A stretch of DNA of 64,000 bases. It comes from Heterostelium pallidum. Taxonomy: Eukaryota. Positions 21,346 through 37,920 of the stretch are shown here, in pieces. The DNA is taken from assembly GCF_000004825.1 (NCBI RefSeq), contig NW_008805086.1, forward strand, positions 901,410 through 965,409, written 5' to 3'. Under the pieces are notes generated by a model that worked only from the letters and a program-made list of their open reading frames with translations, was not told the DNA's origin and searched no databases. How positions within the stretch are numbered: the stretch's first letter is position 1; each line of letters starts with the position of its first letter. Made by a program: the position numbers and the translations under genes.

Positions 21346-23484
21346 GATTTATTTAATATATAAAAGTAATGAAATATATTTAAGAGTTTGTATGTTAAGT
21401 ATGATTTAAAAACGATCCAAAGGCTAAAATCTAAATTTATAATATCTATTTATGTATATATGTAATTTAATAATACTAATTTATTTTGAAATTTTTCACT
21501 CATTATATTTTTTAATTTTTTTTTTCTCAATACAATATTGTTTTTGATTGTATAGGGACATAGATAGGATTCTGATATTATTTCTTTTGTTTATTCAAAA
21601 GGCTTCACTAATCACTAGTAGTGATTGAACACTTTCAATTGCGTAAGTGGCAAAACAACAATTTTATGACAATAATTGAAAACTATCAAAAATAAAATGA
21701 AAAAGTAATAAAAATAAAGATAATTTCTTTAAATAAAATTAAAATTAATTTATTTCTTATTTTTAAAAGAAGAGAGTAAATGAGAAATCAACTATCTCTT
21801 TATTATTATTATCGATCACTATCTAAAACTATATTTGATAGAAATTTGAAAGATATATGTTAGTTTTGATCAATATTTTTCTTGAAAATATTGAGATATT
21901 AATAAAACTTACTTAGAAATAACAAATTAATATGAATATTACTTATATTGAAAAGAAAAATTTCGATATTAATAGTATTTACTAGTCTATAAATATTTAA
22001 AATAGATTTAAAAACAATCAATAATAATAAGAAACCGCCAAATTTTGAAAATAATTAACGTCATTTTATCCGATACTCTCAATTAAATAGAATAATATTT
22101 AAATATATAGATGTCTTAATTTAAAAGTTTGGTTGATGTTTTTTGATTGGCAAAAATATAAAAATAAAAAAACACACAATAAGAATAACCCACCCACACT
22201 TGACATTGTCATTCAATACCAATAAATCGTGAATCAAATCAATTAAATTGTGTTTCACTTTTAAATAAACAAACAAATATAATTTATTTAGATTTTATTT
22301 TGGTAATATATTTATCTCAACATAAAAGAAAGATTATTATATTAATTAAATATTTTATTCAATGAATACAACAAGTTGATATTTAAAATTAAAACAAAGT
22401 AATTTTTACTTAAAACTTTCAATTTTTTATTTATAATCAATTTATTTGTTAAAAGTATAAAAGATAATTTATTTAATTCTTAGTTTAAAAATATTAAATA
22501 AAAAAAACTAGAAAATAAAAGTGTACATTCCTTTGTTTTTCATTAAAGTTATTTAATGTTTCACCTTAACTCAACTTCAAAAAATAACAAACTAATAGTA
22601 ATCTTTAGATGAGTGTGATAATAGAAATATCTTGATATCATATATCATAATAATAATGTAATACAGATAAGATAAGAAAAAAGTTAAATCATTTAACTTG
22701 GTTTTATTCAATTGAAGAGTACAATCAACACTTACAATCTTGGGAAGTACGAATTATCAATATGACTATGAAAGAGATGTTTAGGAATGATGAATAAGTT
22801 GAACACTTTAATCTAACTATAGAATTCAATTTGAAATTTTCATTTTATAGTAAATCACTTCTATTCTAGTATAATTGTAATTATTGTTTTAGGACAGATT
22901 TCACGAATCAATCTATTACTATTACACAATATAATCATCTTACAATTTAAATAAATAATTATAGTTTTCAATTACAATAATAATATTCTTCAATTATTTT
23001 ATTTAACAAAAAACAACAATATTATTTTATTTTTGCAACATAAAAAAAAAAAAGATGAACTTGTCAAATAAAAATGGGGTGTTGCAAATTCAATAAATTA
23101 ATAAAATTTAAAATTAAGCTTGTTGTTTCTTCATTGGTAATGATCGCCTGTTTTTTTTATTTTTGAATATTATATTATAATAAAATGAATTATTTAATTA
23201 ATTTTAATATTTATATTTCAAATTTGAATATTAATTCAAACTTTTAATTGGCGCTTAACGGTTGCCGCCATTTTTGAGTTCAAACTGTAAGTTAACGAAT
23301 CAAATTTAAAACTATATAAACCTATAATTTCTTTCACAATGTCATTTTTCATTATTTTTCAAATACAAATAATTTTGTAAGTAATAACTAATAGTTATAA
23401 CTTTAACTTATTTATATCTTTGTTTTACTAACTCTTTGTTTTATCTCTTTTTATCTCTTTCTTCTTTTCCAAGTCCTCTTTACC

Positions 23485-24122
23485 ATGCCAGTTGCCTCCT
23501 TACTATGAGTGATGCCTCGTTGCTATGATGGTTACCTCTCATTACCATGCCAGTTGCCTCTCGTCGTTATGCCAGTCTCCTCTCGTAGTTATGCCGGTTT
23601 CCTCTTGTAGTTATGCCAGCTTCCTCTCGTCGTTATGCCCGTCTCTTCTCGTTTCCTCTCGTTACTGTGCCCGTTTCCTCTCGTAGTTATGCCGGTTACC
23701 TCTCGTAGTTATGCCGGTTACCTCGTTACTATGCCGGTTACCTCTCGTTACTATGCCGGTTTCCTCTCGTCATTATGCCTGTTTCCTCTCGTCATTATGC
23801 CTGTCTCCTCTCGTAGTTATACCGGTTACCTCTCATTACCATGCCAGTTTCCTCTCGTAGTTATGCCTGTCTCCTCTAGTCGATATGCCAGTTGCCTCTC
23901 GTAGTTATGCCGGTTTCTTCTCGTTACTATGCCGGTTTCCTCTCGTAGTTATGCCTGTCTCCTCTCGTAGTTATGCTGGTTTCCTCTCGTAGTTATACCG
24001 GTTTCCTCTCGTAGTTATGCCGGTTTCCTCTCTTTGTTATGCCGGTTGTCTCTCGTAGTTATGCCAGTCTCCTCTCGTCACTCTGCGGGTTGCCTCTCGT
24101 CACTATGCCGGTTTCCTCTCTT
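23485..24122 (+). repeat. tandem array (about 29 copies) of the 22-bp family-A repeat in inverted orientation (atgccggtttcctctcgtagtt)
   Basis: Visible directly. It is the reverse complement of the 17072-17250 unit. Confidence 0.9.
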
Positions 24123-24592
24123 TAGTTGACTCAGTTAACTCAATTGCCGTACTTAGTTGCCAGAATCCAGAGTTTCAATCAACTCCACAACTCGGATGCT
24201 GTTGATAGATACCTCGACTCCATAACTCAGTTACCAATGAACACGTCACTCTCAATTTCGATCTGCTCGACTACTCCTTTACCATCAGTTTCACATTTTG
24301 ATAAAATAAAATCAAAAGATATAATTAAAAAGGTAGTTTAAATTTTTATTGAAATAGTAATTTTGTTGAATCCAAACACTCATAAATGTTGAATTACTTG
24401 ACCAGGAGCAAAAGTAGCAAATGTCATTCTACTACCACTAATCCAACAACATCATCAACCTCAACTTTATGAAACATTTGGGGAAATGAGTGGGTTTGGA
24501 GGTGTTGATGAATTATTAGTTTCTCGTTACTATGCCGGTTGACTCTCGTAGTTATGTCGGTGTTATGCCGGTTTCCTCTAGTGGTTATGCCA
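24123..24592. repeat. right inverted-repeat core (24123-24515) plus a short family-A array (24520-24592)
   Basis: See the left core. The terminal segment is tttctcgttactatgccggttgactctcgtagttatgtcggtgttatgccggtttcctctagtggttatgcc. Confidence 0.8.
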
Positions 24593-24721
24593 AAAATTAA
24601 GTTTGTGTGAAGTTCACACAATCAAAAAAGGGGATTTAAAATTTTATATTATTTTAACATAATAAAAAAAATCATTTAATTTACTTTATTAATTAAAATC
24701 AATAATTACAATTATATAAAT

Positions 24722-25401
24722 ATGATTCTTCTTTATTCATATGCTGTTATTTTAATATTAGTAAGTTACAGTTTAAGTTATAGTTTAGCTTTGATTAGAT
24801 TTAAATAAGGATTGGATTAGAGGACCTTTAATTCAAAACATTTTGTTGTTTGTATATTTGTATCTGTCTTTTTGTTTTTTTTTTTTTTTTTGTTTATAGA
24901 AGTGTAATACACTTATAATCACTTATAAGAAACATGTTAAACTTTTAGCTAACAGCAATATTTATCAATAGGGAGGTGCCATTGGATATCTCAAGTCTGC
25001 CTCTACACCATCTTTGGTGATGGGACTTCTCTCTGGTTTGCTTGTTGCCTACGGTGCATCTTTAACCGTAAGTTATCATTAAATTTAAATAAATGATAAA
25101 AGCAATATCAACTCTATTGTATTAACTTTTGCAAAATGAATAAACAAATAAATACAGAGTACAAATAAGAGACAAGGAAATCAATTGATTATGCGTAAGT
25201 ATAGGTTATTAATTATTAATAGATGATTCAATTTTCAGTCAATCATATACTAACTCTTCTCTGTACTATTATATAGTTGTATCACTTGGTCTATTGATCT
25301 TTATGGGAATGAGATTCTACAACTCACAAAAGTTCATGCCAGCAGGTCTTGTATCCCTGTTTTCATTGATTGTTTTCGCAAAGACTTATTTTGAATATTA
25401 A
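24722..25401 (+). CDS. TMEM14-family small membrane protein; exons 24722-24760, 24972-25067, 25158-25194, 25277-25401
   Basis: MILLYSYAVILIL | GGAIGYLKSASTPSLVMGLLSGLLVAYGASLT | STNKRQGNQLIM | LVSLGLLIFMGMRFYNSQKFMPAGLVSLFSLIVFAKTYFEY*. It matches human TMEM14A/C blocks (GGIVGYVKTGSVPSL...GIMGMRFYHSGKFMPAGL). All donors are GTAAGT and the phases are consistent. Confidence 0.75.
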
Positions 25402-26139
25402 ACACTTAAGATATCAATAATATTAAGTTAACTTTAAATAAACAATCAGCTTTTAATTGTATATCTAACACTTACTGTGGTTTAGAACTAACAATCGCAT
25501 TCATAATAACTTCAGTTGGATATTGTCATTAATTACCTTTTGACAATTCAATTCAATTCATTTTGTGCTTTGTACTTTGAATATTGAATCTGTTGTAACC
25601 TTAACAAACAGAGTCAGTATTGCATTTGAAAACAAACTTATAGGAAAATTACTTTAAAGAACAAAGCGTATGAGGTTCCAGATTCTTGCACTTTTGATGC
25701 ACAAATAATTTAACAGATTATAAATACTAGTTAATAGACTTATTTTTTTTTAACGTTCCAATTAACTAGACCACTTGACTTTAATTCTATTCTAATGTTT
25801 AAGCTTTGGCAATGCATTAAACATTAAAAAGAAGTTAGACAACAAATTCACTATCTGTAAAGTTTATTAAAATAAAGATATATCAAAACTCGGGGATATA
25901 ATATATGTATATGAAAGAAGCAAACCTTGTCATTATTAAATTAATGTAAAATAAAAGCTTGTTAGATTTAATAATGTAGATTCATTTTTAATTTTTCTAC
26001 GAAAACAAACAGTTGACAGTCAAACAAACTTCACACTTCTATAAAAAAAGTCATTTAAAGTTAGTTATTATTTTATTTCTAATATAAACATCCAACGTCC
26101 AACAACAACATATGATCATTATATATTTATGTATAAAAT

Positions 26140-28926
<2,787 letters not shown>

Positions 28927-29047
28927 TGTTAGTAAGATTACAATTCATCAAACCAACTTATTGTTATATATTAAAATAAAACAAAAAGATTACTTTTTTT
29001 TTTTTTTTTAATACAAATCTTACTTCTATCTATTATTATAAGTATTT

Positions 29048-31301
29048 TTATTGGTTTTGTTTTTGTTGTTGTTGTTGAATTTGTTGATTTCCAACTCTTA
29101 TGTCTTTGAGTAATGCTTTTGCTTCTTCTTTCTCTGGACCGGCATAGTCGAGCAGTCGTAGACAATACTTTTCGGCTTGGTCGAATTGCCCGAGTTTCTT
29201 GTGGTGGTGCGCCAGGAAGTGAAGTGCATCGATTGTCTCTTGACCATCGATTTTCTCGTTGTCGCGATGATAGAGATTCTTCTTGTAGTAATAGGCAGCC
29301 TCTTCGTTTCTCTGCATGTCTTGGTAGAGCTTGGCAAGCTTGGAGAGTGCGACACGCTCACGATCATAGTTCTCCTCTGCTCGCTCGTAGCAACGAATGG
29401 CATCTGGTATTCTCTCGAGAATCTCATAGCAACCAGCGACCGCACACCACATTCTCGGGTCATACGGATGTATTGCCGTTGCCTTCTGGAAGTAGTAGAG
29501 CGAGTACAACGGTAGCTTAAGCAACTGATAGGTTTGTCCAAGTCCATACCACGCCCTGTAGTCTTTCGAGTTGATATCCACTGCTTTTCTATAGGCATTG
29601 ATAGCAGCCGCTACATTTTTAATCTCCAAGAATTCGTGACCAATCAATGTCCATGCTAAATGATCATTTTTAATAACAATATAGTTAATTGGCTATGATC
29701 AAATATAAACATAGTAGTTTAATATTATTTAAATGTAATATCTAATTAAACTTACCAGCTAGATATTTATCATTCAATTTCAATGCTCTTTGGAAATAGA
29801 GTATCGCTTTATCATGTTCCGATTTCAAACTGTAGTAGTTACCAATGATACAACAGGTCTCTGGAGAATACTTTTCGGTGGTCATAGCTTTGTGAGCCAA
29901 CATACTAAGATTCGCTTTATTATTATGAACGTACAAGATATTGCTGTAAACATCGATACTCTCTAATCTATGTGGTTCAATCTCTAATATCTTTTCAAAC
30001 AATTCCTCTGCAACACCATATTCTATAGATTATTATTTTAATGAAAAGTTAATAAAATAATAATAGTATTTCAAAAAGTATTATTATTTACCTCTAAGAT
30101 TATAATGTCCAATGGCATTTTGTGCAGCTATATAAGTTGAATTTGGGAATGTTTTCGAGAGGTTATTGTAGATGGAGAGTGCCTCTTTGTTTTGTTGTAG
30201 TTCGAGTGTGGTGTGCGCATAGAAGAAATCTTTCATAAAGTGATCTGGTAGTTTCAGTTGTGATATAGATTGTAGATCTTGACAGAGCGAAGCAAGATCG
30301 TGCCAAGCCGACCAATTGCAAGGATAGAGTGTCACCGACTTTACCAGTACTTGTTTGGCACTGGCGATGTTGTTGTTCTTCTTCAGTATAACCGCATAGA
30401 GGTAAAGCAAGAAAGCATCTTGACATTGCTCACCAGTATTGCGGTACCACTGTTCCATCTTATTGGAAAGTTGTAACATCTCTCTGGTTACCTCTGCATT
30501 ACCACCACCACCACCACCACCACTATTATTTGCACTACCACCTGATTTTCCACCTGCGGTATTCTTATCCATTCCACCATCTAACTGTGTATTGACGTTG
30601 CCGTCATTCGAAGGGTTGTTCCCACCGCTACCATTTCCAGATGAAGGAGAAGAAGAAGAACCACTTGTTCCACTATTGTTATTGCTACTATTGTTAGACC
30701 CTCCAGATGTAGATTCTTTACTCTCGATCGATTCCTCAAGAGAACGCTTCTCATAGGCAAGATAGAGTGAATACCACTGGAGAAAGAGTGACAGTGAACT
30801 CCTGCAGCTCTGATGCTCCAAGACATCTGCACAACGTCTGTACTCTTTCAAATCGAAATAGCTCTTTGCCAATGTGTACTTTACATGTTCTTCACTTCCA
30901 TACTTGATAGTGCTATTCGATCGTACTTCTTTTTCTCTTTCGGTTCTACTGGAGACCGAAGAATCCGACAGACCAACGAATTCATGTCGTGAATGTGAAC
31001 CGACAACCACACAACACTGACAGATCTCTGTGTTACAATCTAAACAGTAGGCAATACAATCATAGGTATTGTGTATTTTACATTTTATCTCTATATCTAT
31101 ATCTAAACAATCTTGATCTACATGATTATCACTGCTGTTGTTGTCGTTGTTGCTGCTGTTGAACACCTGTGAATCTAAACCATTAAGTTGTTCTGACGAC
31201 CATTTTGAACTTAAGTATAAACCTCTTTTCGATAGATCTTCAATCGATTTGATTAATTGATTTTTTATTTTATATATTGTTTTACTATTTGTGTTGTTCA
31301 T
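29048..31301 (-). CDS. anapc8: anaphase-promoting complex subunit 8 (Cdc23), TPR protein; exons 31301-30092, 30022-29756, 29655-29048
   Basis: The C-terminal exon reads [53 protein letters not shown]..., which aligns to human CDC23 ([53 protein letters not shown]). There are TPR repeats throughout. Introns are 69 and 100 nt (GTAAAT..CTATAG, GTAAGT..ATTTAG), both phase 1. Confidence 0.9.
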
Positions 31302-33246
31302 GGTAAATAGTTTTATTTACATTAAACTAACAAGCTTTTAATATCACAAAATTTGATTTTAAATATTTTTGATTTGGCGCTTAAATTTTCACAGAATTTT
31401 TAAATAAAAAAGACTTTAGTTAATTAACTAAAATAAATGATCATTTTGTAATCTTTAAACATAAAATCATATTCATTAATCATTGTATTATAATTATGAA
31501 ACGATTCTATAAACAACTTCCAAAAGGGTATTTACTTTTTTCAAAAAAAAAAAGTAATGTATCTAAGAGTATGTATTAAAAGTATCTAAATAAAAATTTG
31601 GAAATCATTATAAAATAAATGATATATTTTTTATAAAGTTAATATAACTTTCTATTTGGATAGAAATCAACCAGTAAGATTTGTTTTGTTATGATCCATC
31701 AACTTTAAAGGAATTCTTAAAGATTGACAAGTTTAATTATTTTTAATAAAAAAAATCGTATACCTTTTAGTATTATAGAATAAGGGTAGTAAATATCAAT
31801 TGAACAGATTTTGTTTTTCTTAAAAAAGGAGATTTTTGGTTTTGGATTTTCCCACACCAAAACCAAAACTAAAAAAATCTTTAATTGGTTCTCATAAACA
31901 TGCGAAATTCAAGTATCGCAATAATAAAAAAAGATCTATATTCAGATATCACCTAAAATCTACACCCCTCTTTTGCATTGCAACGGTATTACTTTTTTAC
32001 TGAAAAACATACCAGACAAAATCAATTACCCCATCATAAGTATAGTCGATGACATACCCATTGTTATATGTAATAGCCCTTTAATTTTAGAGTAGTTGAG
32101 AATCGAGTCTTTGTAAGAATATTAATAAAAAGAATTCTTTTGTCTCTCTCTCTTTCTCCCTCTAAGCAGCAAACAACAAACAACAAGCAACATCTATCTT
32201 TTAAGAAAAACAAAAAAAAAAGGTACTCTATTAATCATTTTCTTTAGGTTATCACAACAATAACAAATAATATTAAATAATACATAAAACTTCTATCTAT
32301 CTTATCTTCTCCAGTAACAAAAAATATTATTTATACAAATAAATATCAAATTCGTATTAAAAATAATGACTATTTAAAAAAACAAAAAACAATAAATTAA
32401 TAAAACAATACAACTAATTTGATTTATAGATAAATAATAACAATATCAAAATCTTTATATACTTATTTATAGTTTTATTATTTTCTTTAATTTTATTAAA
32501 AACCACCTATTCAAAACCAATATTAAAATAAAAAATATTATTACCATATATTCTATAGACGAAAAATAAAAACAAACCACACACCCACACCCCAGCTTAC
32601 AACATCCCTCATCTTTTATTATTGTTTGTTGTGTTTTTTTTTATATAATAAACAAAAAAGACCCACAAACCACACAGTTCAGACAAGCAGCTGGACATCG
32701 TTGGACATATTGAAAGTTTAAAGTTTTTACACCCCTCTAAACAACTATTGAACTCATTGACATCACACTTTTCTATCGATTAGATCTAATCGTTCAACTC
32801 CTAGAACACAAGTGGTTGTCGACTGGTCTACAATTTATTAGTTCAAAATTTTATTTTTTATTTTTAACAATTTTTTCTAACTACCAGGGTACTTTTATAT
32901 CGTTTTATATCCTCTGCTAGCCAAATAATTTCTTTTACCTCTTTTAAAATTCATTAGACTTTGCACACTCGTCTTTCTAAACAGTTTTTCTTTATTCTTT
33001 GTTTTGTTAATTTTCTTTTCTGCCTTTTCATTGTCAGAAATCATCAACAAACTGTTTGTTTTTATTTCAAATTTTTTGTTTTCTTTTAATATTGTATGTC
33101 ATTCATTATTCATATGTAATTTGTAATATATCAATTAATTAATTAATTATTCCAGTAGTTTACAATTTGCAGTTCAAAATTTAGTTTTTGTTTTTTTTTT
33201 TGGTCCATCCATTTTTAGTTTTATCAAATATATATAATTAAGAATA

Positions 33247-35419
33247 ATGAATGGAACAATTAATCATATTGACTCTAGTTTCATAACATCAATGAGAAAC
33301 GAGTCACCAGTATTAAGTTTCATTGAAAATGTAGATAGGTATGAGAAAATTCAATTTTACAAAAACCAAAAACAAAATTAAATAATCTAATTTATTATTC
33401 TTTATTTTTATTATTATTTTTTAAATTTATTAGAATATTAAATCTTACCAAATCTCAATACCCTCAACTCCAACATACTGGAATGTTTTCACTTAGTGAA
33501 CTTACATTTCAAAGATTCAAATACATGGTAACAGTCTTTGCTAAATTCAGATCATTCACTCCAATTCTTTCATTGTTGGCCTCTAAAGAGAAGAAAACCA
33601 GAGATATTGTTATTTCTTTATTATGGAATTTTTCAGCTGAAGGTAAAATCATTTTACAATATATATTAAAAATTTTCATTCCTACAATTGTTAACCACCA
33701 TTTCATATTCAGAGAGTTTAAAAATAAAAATGTTTGACGAAGGTATTTTTGATTATATTTTTGATAATATGGACAAGTTGGGAGAAGACCAAACTCTGGC
33801 GATATCAGCAATCATCCAAAATCTTTCAGAGTATCGATTCGAGAGAGGTATTATCAATCAAAATCAACTAAAGATCACAAAGAACAAAAGATTGATGTCA
33901 CTGTTGCTCGAGAGATCCAGAGGTAGAGACAAGAAGTTGAAGTTCCTTTCATGCCTCACCATTTGCAATCTATCGATGCACGAAGAGATCCGACTGAAAT
34001 TCATTAAGGAAGGTCATTTCCAACCGATTCTGGACTTTATCAATGAGTATCACGAAGATTACCAGTTCCCTGCGACTTTTAATTGGGTTACCCTACAACC
34101 ACACGTTCCACTCTTGGAATCTAAAGATGTAGAAGTTCAATCATTTGTATTATATTGTATTAATAGTTTTTCATCTGGATGTAAGTCTATACTATTTTTT
34201 TTGATATTATATATCTCTCTATCCAATTTCATCAGAACTAACCAACCAACCAACTATATAAATATAAATCAAAGCGAGATATGATCGATCACTTTGGAAA
34301 GGACTAATGGAAAACAAAGGAGTATTATCATTAATGAATTTAACAAAATCAAATAATCAATTCGTATCCAGTTTGGCAATGAAAATATCCAAATCACTTG
34401 GATTAGGTGGTATGTAATCTACTATTCATCTGTATTTTATCTTATAGATATTAACAAATAATATTACTATTTTTAGAATCTTCTATTTTAGTTGAAGATC
34501 CAGAAGTTGAAATGAAAGAAAATATTCAGAATTTATATATCCAATCTTTATTTACTGATGTATGTATTTCCAAAAACAATCTATTTATTAAATACTAAGA
34601 TAATTTATACTTACATGTTAAAAATGAATATAGTTTACTATTCAATGTGGATCTGAATCGTTTAAGATACATAAATCCATTTGTTTGGCAAGATGTCCTA
34701 AATTAAAGGATATACTCAAGGAGCAAGATAAGAATATAAAGATTGCTAACGATAGTGAAGGAATGGCTAGTGAGTATCTAGAGGTACAGGATTACGCACT
34801 GTTTGAGATTCTAAGAGAGATATTCAGATTCCTCTACGGTTTCAATCCAGTGATGAACGATAACACTGCCAAGGTTATCATTCGCTATGCCAGCCGTCTC
34901 GAACTGGAGGAACTCAAGCAATACTGTGAATACTACTTGTGGCACTACATCGACTGTGACAATGCTGGAGAGTATCTGGACATTGCCATAGAGAGTGGTG
35001 CACAACAACTAAAGAAAGTGGCAAGCGAATTTATCATAAGAAATATTGGTTTCATCTATAATGGCAACTTTGCTTACTATGTACCAACTAATTCTCCTCC
35101 TACCACAAGTTTAAATATTAATAACAATAATAATAATAATAGTAACAACAATAACAATAATAATAATAATAATGATATAAATAATGGAATGAACTTGGAA
35201 AATTGTAAAATAGAATCAGATGAAGAAGGTGAAGATGAACCAACAAGTAGTAATATTAACAATAACAATAATAATAGCAATAATATAAAAAAGCAAACTA
35301 AGTGGAGAGGTCATTGGAATGATACAACTAAAGTACATGTATATGAAAACTATCGAAAGTTTTTAGAGAAACAAAAGAAAGAAATATTTCAACTAAATCT
35401 TGAAGTAATGAACCAATAA
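33247..35419 (+). CDS. armadillo-repeat + BTB/POZ (+BACK-like) domain protein (ARIA/ARMC5-like); 6 exons 33247-33338, 33434-33642, 33713-34180, 34275-34409, 34477-34559, 34634-35419
   Basis: ARM-like repeats run through exons 2-5. The last exon has the BTB signature ...FKIHKSICLARCPKLKDILKEQ...EYLEVQDYALFEILREIFRFLYGFNPV...YASRLELEELKQYCEYYL followed by an N-rich tract. Donors are GTATGA, GTAAAA, GTAAGT, GTATGT and GTATGT, and all phases check. Confidence 0.8.
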
Positions 35420-35766
35420 GAGTACCTCCTCCTTTTTAAAAACAAACTTCTGTTTCTAAATATCTAAACCTTTATATATATAGTATCAATAAATAAATAA
35501 AATAAAACATATATTTCGAAAGCTTTATCTTTAACATCTTTCACCAAAATAGTTCGAAGAAAAATTATTTAATTAAATTTTGATTATTTTTTTTTTAAGT
35601 CATCACAACACCAATTTTTTTTTAAAAATATTTATTTTAGTTTTCATTCAAGTTTATTATTATCTTTTTTTAATCTACATTTCTTTCTTTTTTTTTTTTT
35701 TTTTTTTTCTATTTAAAAAATCTATATATATATATATATTTTATAACTATTTATTATCAACATATA

Positions 35767-37507
35767 ATGAATAGTGTTCAACCAAGATTTGACCCTGCAG
35801 TACTAGATAAATATAGACCAAAGATTATTGTCGATGAACGTTACAAGGCACCTGAAAAATTATTAAATAAGAAAACTGTAAAATACTCTTTGGACGAAGA
35901 TGACGATGGTAAGTTTGTGTTTGTTTATCTATTTGAATGAGAATGAGTTAAAAGGATTTGGTTATTAATCATATGAATATTGCTATTATTGTTTGTTGGG
36001 ATATTAATTAGAGAAGAAACCACCAAAGAAATCAACACCTAAAAGAGAAAGAGATAGAGATGGCAGTAGAGACGACGATAATGACAGAGAGATAAAAGAG
36101 AGAAAATCGAAAAAGACAACATCCACCTCATCACCTTCTTCATCTTCATCAAAGAAGAAATCGCCGGCGAAACAAGAGGAACCACCAAAGAAACAAGCAC
36201 CTACCATTGCAACGAAACTACTGAACGATGCTCAAAATGACTTCTTATGGGGTGTATCAATTAAGAAATCGAATGCAGGTGAACCAATACCAAATAATAT
36301 AAATAATAATAATAATAATAATAGATCTTCAACAGCATCATCTCATTCAAATGGTTCAACAAAATCATCTTCATCTTCATCACCTTATTCAAATGGATCA
36401 AAATCATCATCATCATCTTCTTCTTCTTATTACTCATCATCAAAACAATCATCATCTTCTTCAACATCATCAACATCAAATAATAGTAGTAATTCACATG
36501 TAGTAAAGAAACCAAATATTTCTACAACAACTTCAACAACATCAACATCAAAATCATCACCATCATTAAATTCAACAAGTAATACTAATAGTAATAGTAA
36601 ATCATCAAATTCTGTTAATAATAAATCATCATCATCATCAACTTCTACATCATCTTCATCGACACCATCTAAACAACTAGTAAATAGTAGTAAAATATCT
36701 ACAAACTCATCACCAATCATTAGATCACAACCAACAATCGTTAAGATGACACCTACAAATTCGCCATATACCAACACTCCTTTACATAGTACATCAGTTG
36801 GCAACAGGAGACAACCAGTAGTCATGGTATCGTCATCCCTAGCAAAACATAACATTAACTTACCCAATTCATCACCGTCCACCTCATCCAATAACAAACA
36901 AGATAGTCGCGATAACAGTAAGGATAAAAACAGCCGAGATGGTAAAGATAGCAGAGAAAGAAGAGACAGCAGAGACAACAGAGATAGTAGAACAAAGACT
37001 AGCAAAGATAGTAGAGATAGTAGCAGAGATAACGGTAGAAATGGAAATGGTAATGGAAACGGCAGTAGCAGACCGAGAACTAGTGGCAGTGGAGGTGGAA
37101 GAGATAAATCACCTCCAAGAAGACAACAGCAGCAACAGCCACAGAAACAACCTCAGAGAAGATACAACGACGACTATGACGACTCTGAGGATGACTACGA
37201 TGATGAATACGATGAATACGAGTCAGACGATGATTTTATTGATGATGGCGAGACAGACGAGGCAAGAACAGAGCTAAATAAGATATTTTCGAAAATGAGA
37301 GGTTTTAAATCACATAGAAACAGTCGATACGATGATGATGATTTTGACGATCGCTCTATGGACGCTGGTTTCCATGAGATCCAAGAAGAAGAGAGAAGAT
37401 CTTCATATTTCGCACAAAAGGAAGATAGACTTGCCTTGGAGGATGAAGAGAGACACCGAAAAGAGAAAGAAGCGAAAAAGAAGAGACTAAATTCTTCAAA
37501 GTACTGA
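35767..37507 (+). CDS. spt2: SPT2 chromatin protein homolog; exons 35767-35908, 36012-37507
   Basis: Long Ser/Thr/Asn-rich middle region and basic RD/RS region. The conserved SPT2 C-terminal block is present: YDDEYDEYESDDDFIDDGETDEARTELNKIF...[52 protein letters not shown]. One GTAAGT..TTAATTAG intron, phase 1. Confidence 0.8.
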
Positions 37508-37920
37508 CATTGACCTTTCAAATAATAATATTAGATAAACAAAAAAAAAAAAAAAGGATCATCTCATTTATACCTTATAAATATATAAATATATAAACGG
37601 AAATTTAATAAAATCAAATTTGACTAATTATTTCACTGCACCAATATCCATATTATTTGGTTGTGGAAAAAAAATAAGTTTTTTTTGTTAAGAATTCTTT
37701 TTAAATTATATACTTTGATATTATTATATATATTATTATTCATTGGTTATTTATTATAAATCTGAAAATTATATATCTTTGTTTTATTATTTTATATCTT
37801 CAAAAGTAAAAAAATTTGTTTTTAAAAGAATTATTTAATTTATTTATTTTATTTAAAAGATATTGAATATTGATATCAATTATTAAAAAGATAAATTGTA
37901 TTGTTGACAATGGATAGAGT

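Larger units (their letters stand above)
17072..24592. mobile_element. composite inverted-repeat-bounded element (about 7.5 kb): satellite arrays + inverted cores flanking a degenerate gene cargo
   Basis: The left core 17640-18120 is the reverse complement of the right core 24123-24515, at roughly 85-90 percent identity by eye. The same 22-bp repeat family (ggcataacgacgagaggaaacc) bounds both ends in opposite orientation: 17072-17250 on the left, and 23485-24122 plus 24520-24592 on the right. The interior holds a proteasome pseudogene, exon-like tandem units, a disrupted Q-rich ORF and about 2 kb of AT-rich DNA with no ORF. Confidence 0.35.

Noticed and set aside
17036-24130. ORFs 17036-17242 (-) and 23635-23904 (+), and a CRISPR-like reading of the regularly spaced 22-bp arrays
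   Set aside because: They are translations of the family-A satellite (MPVSSR...YAGFLSSL repeated). The arrays are contiguous direct repeats with no unique spacers, and the genome is eukaryotic. They are satellite or terminal arrays, not CRISPR.
29098-30832. Antisense and alternative-frame ORFs inside the APC8 gene (29098-29598, 29113-29520, 29177-29515, 30163-30426, 30279-30476, 30439-30756, 30581-30832)
   Set aside because: They overlap a strongly supported TPR gene whose frame has full-length homology. The alternative frames are Arg/Ser-rich nonsense, as is typical when a GC-richer CDS is read off-frame.
36004-37521. Minus-strand ORFs 36004-36207, 36261-36515, 36430-37005 and 37195-37521, and plus-strand ORF 36939-37277
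   Set aside because: They are antisense or off-frame readings of the Ser/Asp-rich SPT2 coding region, which is low-complexity and stop-poor.
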